Below are positions 40,583 to 55,000 of a stretch of 64,000 nucleotides of DNA, piece by piece. The stretch's first letter is position 1, and the number at the start of each line of letters is the position of its first letter. The notes beneath the pieces are model-generated. The model worked only from the letters and a program-made list of their open reading frames with translations, was not told where the DNA came from and ran no database searches. This stretch comes from Camelus dromedarius (Eukaryota), in the NCBI RefSeq assembly GCF_036321535.1, contig NC_087438.1:13766001-13830000 (forward strand), written 5' to 3'. Position numbers and translations under genes: made by a program.

Positions 40583-41559
40583 ATATAATCTTCACCAAAA
40601 CACTTCTCTTTTGTACAAGTTCTTCTATATAAACTTATAAATTATTAGAGAAACAAGTAAATTCTTTCCTGAATAGTCAGAGGTTAATTCACACATGCTT
40701 TTTGTTTTTCATTCCTGGTGATGTTCTTTCACATGGATCCATGAATATATACACTGGCTTGTATTTGTACATAAATGCCTACTTGTATGTTTTCTTATAC
40801 TAAGTCTTTAACCATAGCTATATATTGCTTCAAAAGGAAATGTCATCACAGTCATGATGAGTATTTGTGTGTGAGAGTAACTGAGAGAACCGTGTGACCA
40901 AATACTTCCACGCTGCGTATGGTGAAGATATTTTTGACCTCTTCACATTTAAGTGTTAACACCAGTACTCTGTTTTCAGGATTTTTTTTTTTCTTGCTGG
41001 ATTTTATTTGATAATGACAGCAATGATATTTAGCCACCTTTCTAAAAACATCACATAATAAGTCCTGTATATATTTTGCTTATGGTTTAATTTACGAATG
41101 AAGGAACATTAAAAATTATCCATGTTCTAAAGGCAAGGTGTTAATGTAATAGTCAATTGAGGTGTTTGGTAATTTCCATTCTGAGGTCCATCATGGAAGT
41201 TGAAAAGTTCCTCATTACAGAACATAATTACTTGCATTTTTAAAATGTCAAGTTCTGAGAATAATTTCTGTCAAATAACAGAACACAGTAAAAAGTCTTT
41301 GATGAAATATACTCACTGTTTTGCTATGTATGAGCAAAGGGAATAAAGACTAATGGTAAAAAATGTGGTCTTAATAGGTCACAGTTTTGTATTTTATTAT
41401 GATCCTGAAATCCATGCTTCAATCCTTGACACATGAAAATACTTCTTTGGAGACAGTTTGCCTGAATTATGAGTTAAGAACTGACTTGTAGTTTATATTT
41501 TAATTACAAGTTAGTAAATATGAGTTTGCTTTCTAAGAGAAATGCTGAGCACATGTAAT

Positions 41560-41755
41560 CCCAACCTTGCACTGAGTCAGAAATCCAAGTCTTACACTTC
41601 AACTTTGCCAAAAAAAAAAAAAAAGGTAGGATTTGGGCCATATTTTGTACCTGTCTGAATCCCTATGGGAAATATTAATATCTAACTCATCAAATCATAA
41701 TGAGGATTAAATGACATCATCTTTCTACATTGTCTAGTGCTTGGTTCTGCTGAAC
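41560..41755 (+). mobile_element. MIR relic
   Basis: gagtcagaaa.cc..., atatctaactcat.....tgaggattaaatga. Confidence 0.55.
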
Positions 41756-44424
41756 ACAGAATGCTTCAAATATCCCTTCTAACTGACATCATTTGCAGCT
41801 AAATTTTGGAACAAGAGCACCGGGACTGTTTATTTACTGTCCTTGACATGTGCACTCTGCCCTATTGAAAACTCTCAAAGAACGTGGTGGCCTTCAAACA
41901 CAGGTAAACAGTACTAGCTCTGTCGTGTCCCAAACACCACGATTACAATGTCCTGGAGGTTAGCGCTCTTCACCTGGGGCTCCTAGACCGTGTGGCTCCA
42001 TTCTTAGCGTCATGCAATCATTTATCGAACAGCTGATCAACGCCGACCTAAAAACTGCAAAAATGTTGGTAATGCAGGTGAAAACCTGGAGTTTGCTTCT
42101 CGCAGAAAAAACATCTGTACTGAAAACAAGAGCAACACACTCCGAACTGACAGTCAACCCTTCATGAGTGTAGTCAAGGGAAATTCAAGGGAAGGTTGCG
42201 TTCAGCTTCCTTTGCTTTTTCCTCATTAAAATCAGTGTATCACATTTTAATAAATAATTGTGTTGGATGTCCTCATGGAAGACTATGTCGATATTGTTCA
42301 TTTTTCTCATGTTTGTTTACACATTCCTTACATTTTTACCCACTTTTACTTTTCTAATATGGTTGTATGACCATCATGCAATGTTTGGAAAAGACTTTTT
42401 GGAATGAAGGAGTTTCGGGCAAACTTACATGTAACACTCCCACTGGCACAAAAGGTTTAGCTTAATGCTCTAATAATCCAGTCAAGATGTTGAACTGGAA
42501 ACATCGGTAAGCATCACTTTTTACTTCAAGGAAACATCCTTGACATTGGGTGGCACGGATAGCAAGGAGTTATCATTTTGGTTCTAACCTAAAAAGGAGT
42601 CGGAGATACTGAAGAATCACAAGCCATTTATGACAAAATAAAAACAAAATTTCAAAAGAGATTCACAGATTTGAGCCTGTAGGAATCATAGATAAAATAC
42701 CTGCATCTGACCAGGCAGTGCAAACACTGAATTTTCAAGACTTTTGTGAGAGAAATAAAACACCAGGAAACCTGGAAATAAGCCTGTTAATAAGAAAACT
42801 AAAGTTTTTAGTTGTGCATCCTTAGGAATATCCATTTTTTAATGACAAAATGATTAAATGTTAAAAATGAAACACTTTGAGTGAAATCAGATAAGAAATT
42901 TTTTTTAAATGTGTGGAATTTTTGAATCCTCTAGATGTGAACAAACTTAGAAACCCATGCCTTAAGCATCCTCTTTAAAGATGAGTAGCCTTACAGCCAG
43001 TAATACTGACCCACGGTACAGCACCCCGCTTGTCACCTGGGAGGCGAGACTACATAGTCTTGTGTCTTGTTTTCAGTTACTCTTTCACAACATCATGCCA
43101 CTTTCTTTTCATTGATTATTTGGCAAGATACTACCTGTCATGAAGCATTCAGCCATTTACATCGTATGGCTGCTATTTTTATCTGGAAGCTAGTTAAATT
43201 TAAATTGAATTAGTGATGCAGAGAACAGAGACCCTGACATGGAAGAGTTTTTCTCTGGCCCAATCACTGTTGCATAGCTTATAATTTTTTTTTTATTCCT
43301 ACCTTTCAGTTTCCTCTCTTGCAAAGTTGAAAAAAAAATTTTTTTAAGTTTCTGCTTGTCTAAAAACTATTAACCAAAGATAATTTTACAAGTTGTAAGA
43401 GGCTAGACAAATGTTGTCCTTGACAATAATGCTGTTTGCCATAATGGTTATGTCATATTTCATCAGATTGGATATGCCAACTTCTAAAATAGTGAAAAAA
43501 ATAAAAAATAAAATAATGAAAGAAGTAGCTGGAGTCCTGTAAAGGCAAATGAATTATGGAATATTGAGAGAAATCTCTAACACACACATCTATGAAAATT
43601 TTAATAAATTGATTATATATGCATCTACACAAAATTTCAACAGACATAACATTTCTCATTACACACTTCCACTCTATTTTCATAAAATAAAATCCCATTT
43701 TCTCTCAGAATGGCCACTTTCCAACACTTGTGGATTAATATAATAACCATCTCCTTGGGGACACATCAAAAGACATCTCATATAAGTTTGACTTCTTTGG
43801 GCAGAGAGCCAATTTTATTATTCTGTTGTTATTTAAGTGCCTTGAATTCCATTCTACAAATGCTTATGTAGCGTAAGCTAACCATGATGGCTGACTTTCT
43901 AAATGAAATTGGCATTGGTTGACAAAGAATAACTTTCTATCTTATCTGTGGGCTGTGGTGATTCAGTATTTATTCTAAGGACTAGATCTTAAAGATGACA
44001 ATGAAGATATTATTTGTTGATACTATTTTCAATTGGTAATGAAGATATTAATTACTTATATAATGTAGAATATACAGTTGTGAAATATCTGACATTTTAG
44101 TTCAGTTCACTTTCTGTTAACTATGCAATTCAACTCTAGTAGAAAATTTGGTCATTTTGATTGTGACAATGGCTTAAAGGATATATGCATATATTAAAAT
44201 TTATCAAAATGGTTCTTTTAATTATGTGAATTCTATTTTATGTTAATTATGCCTTGATAAATTTGTATACTTAACAAATCTTCAGTCATTTGGAATCATG
44301 TGAATTTAAGATTCAAAACAGGACATATGTTTAAAGGATATATTGATGTTTAAACACAGAATACACTAAGAGATAATATATTTTTCTAATGGCTATGGTG
44401 ATCTTTAGCTGCAGTAATTAATAT

Positions 44425-44602
44425 AGTTATCCACTAGCCATGAATGTGACTATGTAAATTCAAATTAATTAAATTTAATAAAATCAAACATTCAATTTTT
44501 CAGCTGGCCAACAGTCATATATGACTGTGGCTACCATATTGGAAAGCTTAGATTAGAGAAATATCCATTATTAGTGAATATTATATTGAATAGTACTATG
44601 AT
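44425..44602. mobile_element. hAT-Charlie MITE relic (MER33/MER3-like)
   Basis: ccactagccat...taaattcaaattaattaaa...gtggctaccatattgga.ag. Confidence 0.65.
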
Positions 44603-45769
44603 ATAGTGTCAGGAAACAAATTTTCACAAGTTACTGTGTGTGACACATTGCCAGTAGAACATCTAAAACTGTTGATTAGAAGAAAAAATATATTAATTTA
44701 CTCACCAAGTAAATAGTAAAGCATAACACTTGCCTTTCCACCAAGGCAATGTACAAAAATTGACAGCAAAAAACCAATGAGAATAAGAATATTGCTAAGA
44801 CACAAAGTAGTAAATACATTTTGTAAAAACTAGTTAGAAGACAAACCAAAAATCTGACAGTGGATGAACTGCTGACTTCATACTTAGAATGTTCCAAAAG
44901 TCATCTTCTGCATAATGTAATATGGAATTGTCCGGCCATAAACATTGATGGCTGTAATTAGTTGTTGAAGGCCACATTTCTGTAAAGTCTAAATATAAAT
45001 TGCAGCTGATTCATATTTCAAGTAATAAAAAAGTTTATAATTCTTGTTTTTATCTAGAATAATAACTGCTTTTATTTGTATTGCAATTTAAAACTTTATT
45101 TTTATAGAAATGTATTCATTTATCCCCAATACATTTGTGTCTAGCTAAGTTACTAATCTCTCTTTACCATTAATATATTATTTTTAGATTCTCTCAGATG
45201 GTCTACTTGGACAATCAAATGATCTCAAATAAAGGCAGGGTTTGTTTGTTTTTTACCCCTGCAATTCTTGTCAATAGACTGTCTACTTTTCTTTCTTTCT
45301 TCCTGATCAGGTCTTCCATACACTGAATAGTAGACTCAATAATGAATAGTCCACACTTGCTTCTAATAGATTTCTCATTGAAAATCATTGTTTCTACCTT
45401 CATTTTCAGTAAAGAGTTATTAAGTTACATGTCTTCAGTTTTTGGTTTCCTAAAACTTTTTATCATGAAAGTTTGTTAAGTTCATCAGATTCTCCTTATA
45501 CCTTTTTTGAATCATCGTGTTTGTGGATGTGTGTTTATCTTTTCATGGCTTGGCCCTAATGGACCCAACATATTGGTCTTGCATCACAATCCCTATTATC
45601 TCTGGTCTCAAAGAAGCTGAGAAAGAAATTAAATAGGTCAGCTGAGGTGTCCCTTGTCCTAATACTAGCCTAGTATGAGAAATTTTGTATTTTATTCTTT
45701 GTGCTTTCTAAAAGCCAGAACTGAATACAAGAAAAATGTCAAATAACAACACATTAAGGTGGCCAAATA

Positions 45770-46178
45770 TTAGAACTGAATTGTCCAATCCATGGGCCAC
45801 TAAAGACATATGGTTATTAAGCACTTGAAATGTGGGGCTGCATTTCATTTTAACTGATGAAAATTTGGTGAGATGTGTTTTATTGTAAAATATATAGCCA
45901 GTTTAAAGACATATCAAAAAATAAAATATCTTATTAACATTTATATTGATTGCATATTTAAGTGATACTTTTGATACATTTGATATTTTTATATATTGAG
46001 TTAAATAAAATATGTTATCAAAACTAATTTTATGTGTTTCTTAATGCTTGTTTTTAATGTGGAAATTAGTAATATGCGTAATTACATATTTTATATTTAT
46101 ATAAATGTATGATATGCTCATATTTATATGTTACTCAAATATTTTATCACACATAATATTTGTCGGATAGCACTAGTA
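45770..46178. mobile_element. hAT-Charlie DNA transposon relic (MER3/Charlie1-like)
   Basis: tgtccaat....gccacta...acatatggttattaagcacttgaaatgtgg ... tatattgagttaaataaaatatgttat ... ggatagcact. Confidence 0.7.
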
Positions 46179-47043
46179 TAAAGACAGACAGAAGAACTAA
46201 ATATGATATTTAAACCAACAGTCTCTAAAGGTGAGAGACTATATTTGCATATAAATGATGCTGATGGTATTTAAGGAAATACAACTAAAATCACATAAAG
46301 ATCTAGATATTAAAATCAACAGCAAAAGTAGACAAATTGGAGGGTGGATGACGACCATCAGTCCCTAAGTTAGTGATCTCTGGTACCAAGTCAAAGACAT
46401 ATCTAAAAACTCAAAGTGAAAATACCAAGACAGAAATATGAAGGAATAAGACTTTCAATAACTTACATGTTAATGAAGATATTGTTATGATAAGAAAAGG
46501 AGCTGGTGGAAGAGACAAATAGTTAAGCACAGAATGGAAGGCAATACTGACAAGATGGAAAAATACCCATTCCTTCAGTTTGAAAGTCTGAAACTGTGAA
46601 AAACAATGCAAACTTAGGCAGTCCCTATAAATGTCTCGAATTCAAGAAAATCTGCTGCCAGAGAGTGAGATAACTTATGAAAACGTGATGAAAATAATAA
46701 ACTATTTAGTATCAGAATTATTTTCAACATACAAAACATTACCTCCCTTGAAACAAGAATAAATTTTCTTACATATCCACGCAAGATTTAAAAGAACATT
46801 TACCAGGCCATTTGGCTACAATATTTTAAACTTTCAAAAATGCAAGCCATATTCCCAGATCATAATACAATGAATTATAAATATAATAAAAGTGTAACCT
46901 AAAATATTAAATACTTAGAATTTTAAAAATACTTGACTAGGTAATTCTATGAATTATTTTAATGGATGTATATACTAATGCATTCATTTATATGGCTTAG
47001 CAGGGATATGTGGTTGAAAATTGCAGAGAGTTCTAATTGTACC

Positions 47044-47070
47044 TGTGTGTGTGTGTGTGTGTGTGTGTGT
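47044..47070. repeat. (TG)n microsatellite
   Basis: Direct reading. Confidence 0.95.
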
Positions 47071-48739
47071 ATACATTCAGCACATGAAGAAACAAAGTGG
47101 ATAAGAGGAAGCTCAAAGCTAAGCCTTCACTCTTCTTTTATGAAAGCAAATTTTTACCTGGATTCTTAAGTAAAGAGAGGACTCCCAAGACAAGCATGAA
47201 CTTGATAAGATTTTTTCCCCGTGCAGTGATGGTAATGGTCTACTGCAAATGTGAATTTCTTTATGACCCCCAAAATCCTGAATGAATGCTCAAAAAAAAA
47301 AACAGAAGCAAGTGATGGCAATGAATATATTCTCAAGCTAAAAACTACTCAGCATGGTTCACCATGTCTTTTTCATATATTTTCTTTTAATTTGAGTTTA
47401 ATACAATAACAACTATTGTGGGGTTTTGGGTTTTTTTTTTTTTTTGAGCTATATCTGGCATGATTCGTTACTAACCTTTAGAGAATTGTTCTGAAATAAG
47501 AGTTTTAAAAGAAGAGCGTGGAAATGCAAACTAATTCTCTTTCTGGCAACAAGGGAATGTGATATTTTCAAAGACAGAAAAGCCTCTGTGAAAAACACTT
47601 CAAATATTTGATAAAATACAAAGACATACTTTTTTAAAAGACACTTCTGAGCAGACAGTCACATAAAGGGAATCTTCACAGGCTCCAAACAATGAAAAAG
47701 CATGAATCCAGAAAGGAAGACAAGCTGTCTAAACAGCAGTGGTCCCATAGGCTTCTGTTACTCACTGATGACCTGGAAATTATGCCTTAAAGGACTATAG
47801 GGAGACAGGTGGAAAAACTAATGGGCTCATGAAAGTTGGGAATTCAGATTAGAAACCCTGTCATAAGTCTAGCAGCAAGAAAAATGAGACATGAGACACA
47901 ATGAAAGTGAGAATTAAGAAAAAAATCACACTGTAAAAAGAGACAGAAATGAGAGTGGCCCATCACTGTCTGGGGGTCTGGATCTGAAAAAGTATAAATA
48001 AGATCAACAAAAACCTTCCTCCAAGAATTGGTAAACACATTCTAGCCATAAAACGAGGATGGAAAAGGACCCAAATTGCAAATGCCATCGAAGAGATTAT
48101 TTCACTTGAGATAGCTCTTGGTTGATGATAACTCTACTACAGACGGAGAATTAATCAAATAGCCACATTTAGTCTAACAGATTGCTTATTCTTACGTTCT
48201 CCCTTAAAACAGTTAACTGACCTGACTGACCGGTTGCTACTCACAGCTCCAGGCCAGTTGTTAAAATAAAGTTATTAATTTTACTGTTCCTGCTTTATTC
48301 CAGTAATCGAAAGTAATAATCATACTTGGTTTCTGAGTTGTTCTCCAGGGAGAAGGTCACAGAACTATAACCTTAAAAAAATTGGTTACATACAAAGAAG
48401 ACCACACCTTGGGTGCTTAGGAGATAAAGAGATCAAAAAAGTGACAACCACTAGCTTCTATAGAGTTGGTGGCCTGGAGGCATCATGACGCCACTTTAAG
48501 GCTCATGATGAGAAAATGATGCTGTTGACTATTTAATGTTTGATCACCCTATCTGATCACCCTATCCCACCTGCAAGGTGGATTCACAGTTTTGAAGGCA
48601 CCAGCTGTCTCTTTTCTTCTAAGCTTAAAGACCCTGTTTCTGAGTTTCAATTTGGCTCATCAAGGATGGTGGCCGATCTTTTGGCAACAGTACTGGACAA
48701 GATAATGACAAAAAAATCTTTCCTTAATCTACATATTCT

Positions 48740-48905
48740 AGTTCCTTATTATTCCATAATGAATCACCTCAAATTTAGTCATGTACAACAGCAACAGTCA
48801 TTTATTTTGCTCCCAAATCTGCAATTCAGGAAGAATTTGTGGTGACAGCTTGTCTTCCTTCCATCAGACATCAGCAGGGTCATCTCTAAGACTGGAAGAC
48901 TAAGG
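48740..48905 (-). mobile_element. MLT1F/G-like LTR fragment
   Basis: cataatgaatcacctcaaatttagt...aacagtcatttattttgctc.caaatctgcaatt. Confidence 0.6.
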
Positions 48906-49109
48906 ATTCTGGAAAGAAAAAAATACTAATGAAAATAGATGCACTCAATATATTTAACTAAATAAAAAGGCTTATCAGATATATGATTAAAAAAATGGGT
49001 GTGTTAAAAATGACCAGTCATTCTTGGTTTCAGTTTCCACACATAAAAATTTTGGAAATAGTCATTAAAAACTTAGGAAATTGACAAAATTCTTTCAAAT
49101 TTGATAAAA

Positions 49110-49680
49110 TGAAAATGAGAAAGGAAGAAAATAATTTTAAAATAAAAAGGAGATGAATGCAGATGCAGTAGATATTAAAAAGATAGTAAGAGAAGATGAC
49201 AATCTTCTTAAAAATTTAAAATAGTTTAAAAAATAGAAAAGTGTGGCTTTATTAAAACTGACTCAAGAAGAATGAGAAAAGCTGGATATTTCTATAAGCA
49301 TTAAACAATTGAATCAAGAATTAAAAGTCTCTCTCTTTTCCACTCTCCCTTCCCCTGCTGCAGGCCCAGATAATTTTGCAGACGAGTTCCATCAGGTTTT
49401 CAAAGAACAGATTTCCCCAATTTGATATAAACTATTCCAGAAAATAAAAATATGGTAAAGTCCATAATTTTTATATTGATGCTAGAATAACCTTGACCCC
49501 ACAATTAGGAAAAGTAATATGAGAAATTAAAGCAGTGAGCCAATTTCATTCATTACTATAGATACAGAAAACTAAGTCAAAATATTAGCAAATTGATTCC
49601 ATCAGCTTTTATAAAAAAATAATATATACAATTTGAGTCTCTTTTAGAAAATTTACTAACATTAAGAAACTGTCAATTAA
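49110..49680 (+). mobile_element. Ancient L1M ORF2 (RT-adjacent) remnant
   Basis: aaaactgactcaagaagaa, caggcccagataatttt....gagttc.atca...tttcaaagaacag and aaaatattagcaaattga. Confidence 0.7.
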
Positions 49681-51463
49681 GAGACTGGAGGAGGATACAC
49701 AGCTGGGTCTTCTTTTCTGGTGAATGCACCCAGTTCAAGCTGCTGGGTGTGCCTTCGATGCAGAATATCCCTTGATTGACAAGAACCACCTTTCTGGAAG
49801 ATTCTGGAGAACTCCCTTGAGCAGCCCATCATGAATACCAGAGTACGAAAGCCAGGAACATTTGCTTTAACTGGGCATGATTCTTTGGCATGATTTATGC
49901 TCCAGAAACCTTCCCTACACCAGGGTTATTGACAGTAATTTTGGCCAATGATAAAATGTAAGCTTTCCAAAAATATATCTTAGGAGGAGAAAATCACAGA
50001 AGAAATGATTCCATTGAAATAAGGCACAAAAATACACATCGCTGGAATTATAAGGAAAAACGAAAGTCAAGATAGTGGCTACCTCTGAGAGAAGAGATAG
50101 TGTAATTGGGCAAAAGCTCACAGGGAGCTTTAAATATACCATATTATTTCTTTATTTTTCTTTATTCATTACATGTATAGATAATTATTTATAAACTATA
50201 TATATATTTCATGACTAAAACTTAAGTCATTATCTATTAAATCTGACTCTCATCAATGATCATTTCCCCTCCACCGCCCCAGAAGGAAGTCTCTCCCTTG
50301 GTCCAGAATGGTTAGAAAATCAGTGACTGCACTTGACAATACACAGCAACACTCATACTTCTGGGTATTGGGTCAATTCATAGAGTGAAAAATACATGCA
50401 TCGGTAACCTCAGGGAGCTCCATTCAAATCTGAGAGCTCTTGGGGCGAATTACAGGGACTCTCTCAATATCATAGCACCATGTTATTACACAATAATTAA
50501 TAGACATCCAAATATAATAAACACTCACATAGCCTCCAGCCTTTGAAAATTCCTAAATAGAATAGATATGAGGCAGAATATAGAGGAATACCTGGCCTCT
50601 CCTCCAAATTCTGTTTTCTATTTCCTTCTACTCACAACCCAGGGACGTCTGGTTTTTAATTGTTATTCATACATTGTTTCTTGTGATCAGATTTCTCTGC
50701 TGCTGTTTTGCTAGTTCATAATGTTTTGAATTATCTCTGGGTATTCACAGCTCAGGGTTAAAATTTTCAACCATCTTTTCCTGGAAAACCTTACTGTTTT
50801 GTGGGATGCAGGAAAAAATACGTTTTAAGACAGTGTCATATGGGATACACCCAATGATTACGAATTGGTAACTTTCTTGTTATCTCTGTGCTTGTTCTAA
50901 GATCTTTCTATTGTGAGCTGTGATCTGGATCTAGGAACAACCATAAACTGTACGTGCTCAGACTGATGCTTTATTCCTCTTTTAATAATCTGATTTTGAT
51001 TTCTGAAATTTCTCCCTCCTTCTTATTTCAGGGTAGGTTTATTTTTCCTTCCAGTTTCTACCTGAAAATTCTACCACTGCAGGCTTTCCTAAGGAGAGAC
51101 TCATACTGAGTACTTTCTCCTATTACCAAGAATTTGATTTCCCAAGGTCATACAGAAAGTGCCTGCCATGAGCTATCTGTCCGATTTTACTAGTCTTTTC
51201 TTGTAGTAATATGGATGATTGAGGTATTTTCACTCCTCAAAGATTTGGGGGGTTTATGTCTTTTTTTCATGTGACTTGCCAATCTTATCTTTGTCAACCT
51301 CTGCATAGTGGTAGGCATATGTTTTTATTTAGAAGTATAACTGAGCAGGATGAATTCTTGTCTTCATGCTCTACAATGCTCCCTAAGGATTCTTAGTCCC
51401 CCATTGCCATGAAAAAAAAACTCCAACTCCAAATATCTACCCCTGCTTTAATCTTGGTGTGGT

Positions 51464-52068
51464 TGTTACCGAGAGGAGGGAAATAAGAATTAAAAAAAAA
51501 AAAAGATTTCTATTGAGAGATGGAAAGTGTAATATAAACAAGATTTTATTAGCAAAGTAAAAAGGTAGTAAAACACAGTGCACTCCAGAGAACTGGGAGC
51601 GGTCCGACCCAAGAGAGGAAAAATGGTGCCGCTCCTTTGCTTTTCTTGTTTTTACATCCTGGCTTAGGGTTTTTGTGTGTGTGTGTGTGTGTGATTGATT
51701 GATTTATGGCACAGGTTCTTTGAGAGCTCAAGCTGATTGACAGCTCAGGTTCCTTGTGCTCAGGCACACCTATCCCTTTTGTGCAGGTTCTTACCCATGA
51801 TGCACATAGAGAAACCTAAAGGAGGGGCTCAAACTGCAATGTTAATTACATTATAATGAGCACTGGGCCAAGTTAAGTTGGGTCCTTCTCTCTGTTGCGC
51901 AGCCGCAGCGTTTGATCCTAGCCGGCTTCTTTGCTGGCCCTCATTTAGAGAAAGTAAAAGTTTTTGGAGCCCCTTATCCTGAGCGCAGGTGCACTGTTAT
52001 TTTCTGGGTTGCTCCTTTTCCCTTCGTCTCCCCCTGCCTGGTGCTCATTTCTCTCTAACTGCCAAACA
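51464..52068 (-). mobile_element. ERV1-class solo LTR; same family as 22845-23414
   Basis: TGTT...AACA termini, AATAAA on the minus strand near 51546, full-length similarity to 22845-23414, internal (TG)n. TSD is not clean (TGGT/CGAT). Confidence 0.9.
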
Positions 52069-55000
52069 CGATCACTAGCACTTTATAAAATAATCCCTCG
52101 TTTACTTTTCTTTCCGTGCTGTCAGGGTCTGTTCTGTTGTAACTTTATCAGGAACTTCCTTTTGGACATTAAAATTTCAATTTTTAAATTTTTTCTTCAA
52201 GAAATTAGGTGCAACCTGGCTCGGTCGCTGGTTGGTCCTCTTTAAAACACCACTGGCAAAAAGCAGTGATGAAACGTACCAGGGAGTAACACTTGAGAAC
52301 TGTCCAAGTCCACCAACACTGATGTTTGTGTATTTTGCCTTTTTTGTGGGGGTGTAGCGGGGACTTGTTCAATGGTCTTTTTTGTGTAAAGTCTGAATGA
52401 AGATTTGAGAGAACGGTCCTTTGACGGAAATATAAGTAGCTACTGAAATAGACTTCAGAGGGATTTATGAAGAGTCTTAGTTGTCAAATTTGTTGGTTGA
52501 AAGAAAATAAGATTTGGGAAAGGAAAAGGTGTGTAATTCTGTTATTTTACTTATTCAGTGATTTCTACCTTGTCAGTGAACAAGAAGATTACACTGACAT
52601 TTAACAGAAAGGGGCTGGTGTGTGGTCAGAATAGAGAGGAAAGTAAAAATTTTCTCAAAATATATTCTTGTTTCCAATAAGATCTGTCTTAATAGTCTTA
52701 AATTACTGTGTGCTAATAAAATTTACTGATGCAACTTCCTCAAAAGGAAAAAAAAAATGTTTCTTTTCCTGTATGTGGACTATGAAGTTTTACTGTCTGG
52801 CAGGTGAAGGATTAGCATCTAAAGAAATCATTTTTACTTGATTCAAAACCTCCTAAATTGGAACATTCTTCTTTGAATTGGAGAATAGATTATATTCTGT
52901 ATTGGAGATGTAATTCTATCACAATTAATAATATATTAATAAAAATCAACACTGGTGTTTATATGTTATGGGTAGAATGGAGGGAAAAATTTAACTTGAA
53001 GGAAAGGCCAGGTTTTCTTCTAGATCCTGCATCAAATATATTCTATTTAAGAATTTCTAAGCACTAGATGATATTTGAGAGTTTATTATATTTTGGGTGT
53101 TTATTAATTATTGCATAATAACCTGGTGTTGTTATCCATGACAAAGTCCCTGTAATTCCCACCAAACAACTTTCAAATATTATAAAAGTGTGTTCCCTTA
53201 ATCATGAAAAATATACTTCATGCCTATGCTAATGAGTTCTGTTTCTCTTGACTTTTTAGTTTTCACGAAACTCCAAATATTCTTGCTCTAAACATTTCAA
53301 TTACATTTCTTCCAAAAAATCACAGAAACTATTTTTCTTATTTTTAAAATAATGATATCAACAAAAGAACCTGATTTTTATTTTTAAAAAGATTCTGAAA
53401 CACAGAAGTGAAAAGAATGTATAATTCATAATGCAATTCTAATTTATTCATTTAATCTTATATTTAGATTCTTACGTACTAAATTTATTAAAGGAAATCC
53501 AAGACACATAGTGAAATAGAGATTGTAATTTCCTGTGTCCTCTGCAAAGTGAAAAGAAGGATCGAAAATGCTAATACTAGAATGATTCTTTCACTGGCCT
53601 TTTTTGTAAGGGGTGCATCACCATGCTTAGTTTATGTTGCAACTTTGCGAAGCCTTCATACCTGTAATGTACAGCTCAAGTCACAACTTACTGAGGCGAG
53701 AGTTTGGGGAAGGTTGAGGGAGCAAGAAACCATCATAATAATACTGCTCAATTTACCAAGAATTTGACTCATTTCTGCATTTCACACACAAGATTACATC
53801 TGGTATTCAGAACAATTTCGTGAGGCAAATATAAAGATGGTATGATTTCTATTTTAAATTGAAGAGGAATTTAAGCAATGTTTAAATTGACACTTACCTT
53901 ATACAAGTAGTTATAATCATGGATTCCTGACATGGTCTCAATCCTGGGTTTCAAATCCTAAGGGATTTTTTTTTTCCTCGTGTTAATCTAAGTATAGATA
54001 TTTTCTGTTAATATTTTCCATTTTCAAACTTTAATTCAAGACATTGATTAGGAATTAAGAAAGCTGATTTTGTTTGACCTGATTTTTTTAAAGACTATTT
54101 GTCCCATAAGTCCTTTTACTCTCCTGTATTTCTCATTCTCTCAGACTGAAACAGACAGCTAAGGAGGGCAGGGCAGCTAACTGAAGACTGCAATGAAAGG
54201 AAAGGACAAAAAGCTGGTAAGAGGCAGTGAAGGAGCATTTATCTTCCTATACTTTGGAAAACATATTCGGAGTAGACTTTAGTGAAATACAAATTAAAGG
54301 AGGCTTAAGCACAGCACTGCATTTCAACCTACACTAGAAGATATGCTTAAAAGAACATTTTAATGAAGTGCCTTATTGATATGCTAACTTCCATTTATTA
54401 TTACTGTGGGATCAATGAGAAATTCTGTGCAACTGAAGAGAGAAAACTTCCCTTAGGTGATGAAATCTGGAAAACTTGCTCAGTGTTAGATTTTCTGAAA
54501 AACCATTTTCTAATTTTCCTTTTAGATAAAAGAAAGGGTATCAAAAATACACTGATATTTAAAAACAAATTATAATTATACTTTAAACTTATAAAACATG
54601 ATATTAAAAATGCTTAGAAAGGAGTAAAGCACTATTTTAATTCCATTTTTAATTTCAGTTGCTTATGAAATGGATCATCTAAGCCATTTGCAAAATTTCA
54701 CATGAATAAAAATGACATTCTCCTCCAGCTATTTTTGGAAGAATGAAGCCAGTATGACTTGCCGGAGACTGGAAATGCACCATGTGGCAAGAGCTAAAAA
54801 ACCAAACCACATCATGGCAGGAAACCTCAAGCTCATGAGAAAGTGACTGTCATGGAATATTTTTCTGAATGCAAGTTTATTACTTTTCCATGAAGAAGAT
54901 CATGATTAGTGACACAGGGAGAGAAAATGTGATGAAAGTGTACACCTTGAAAACAACATGATAACTACTTTCTATTTCTAAAAAAGATTTTCTCGCATTT

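Noticed and set aside
44511..44528. 18-bp perfect palindrome acagtcatatatgactgt
   Set aside because: Lies inside an internally palindromic hAT MITE relic.
22845..52068. Paired LTRs as a single giant provirus
   Set aside because: 28 kb apart, diverged with indels, no gag/pol/env or primer-binding site, and ancient host repeats lie between them.
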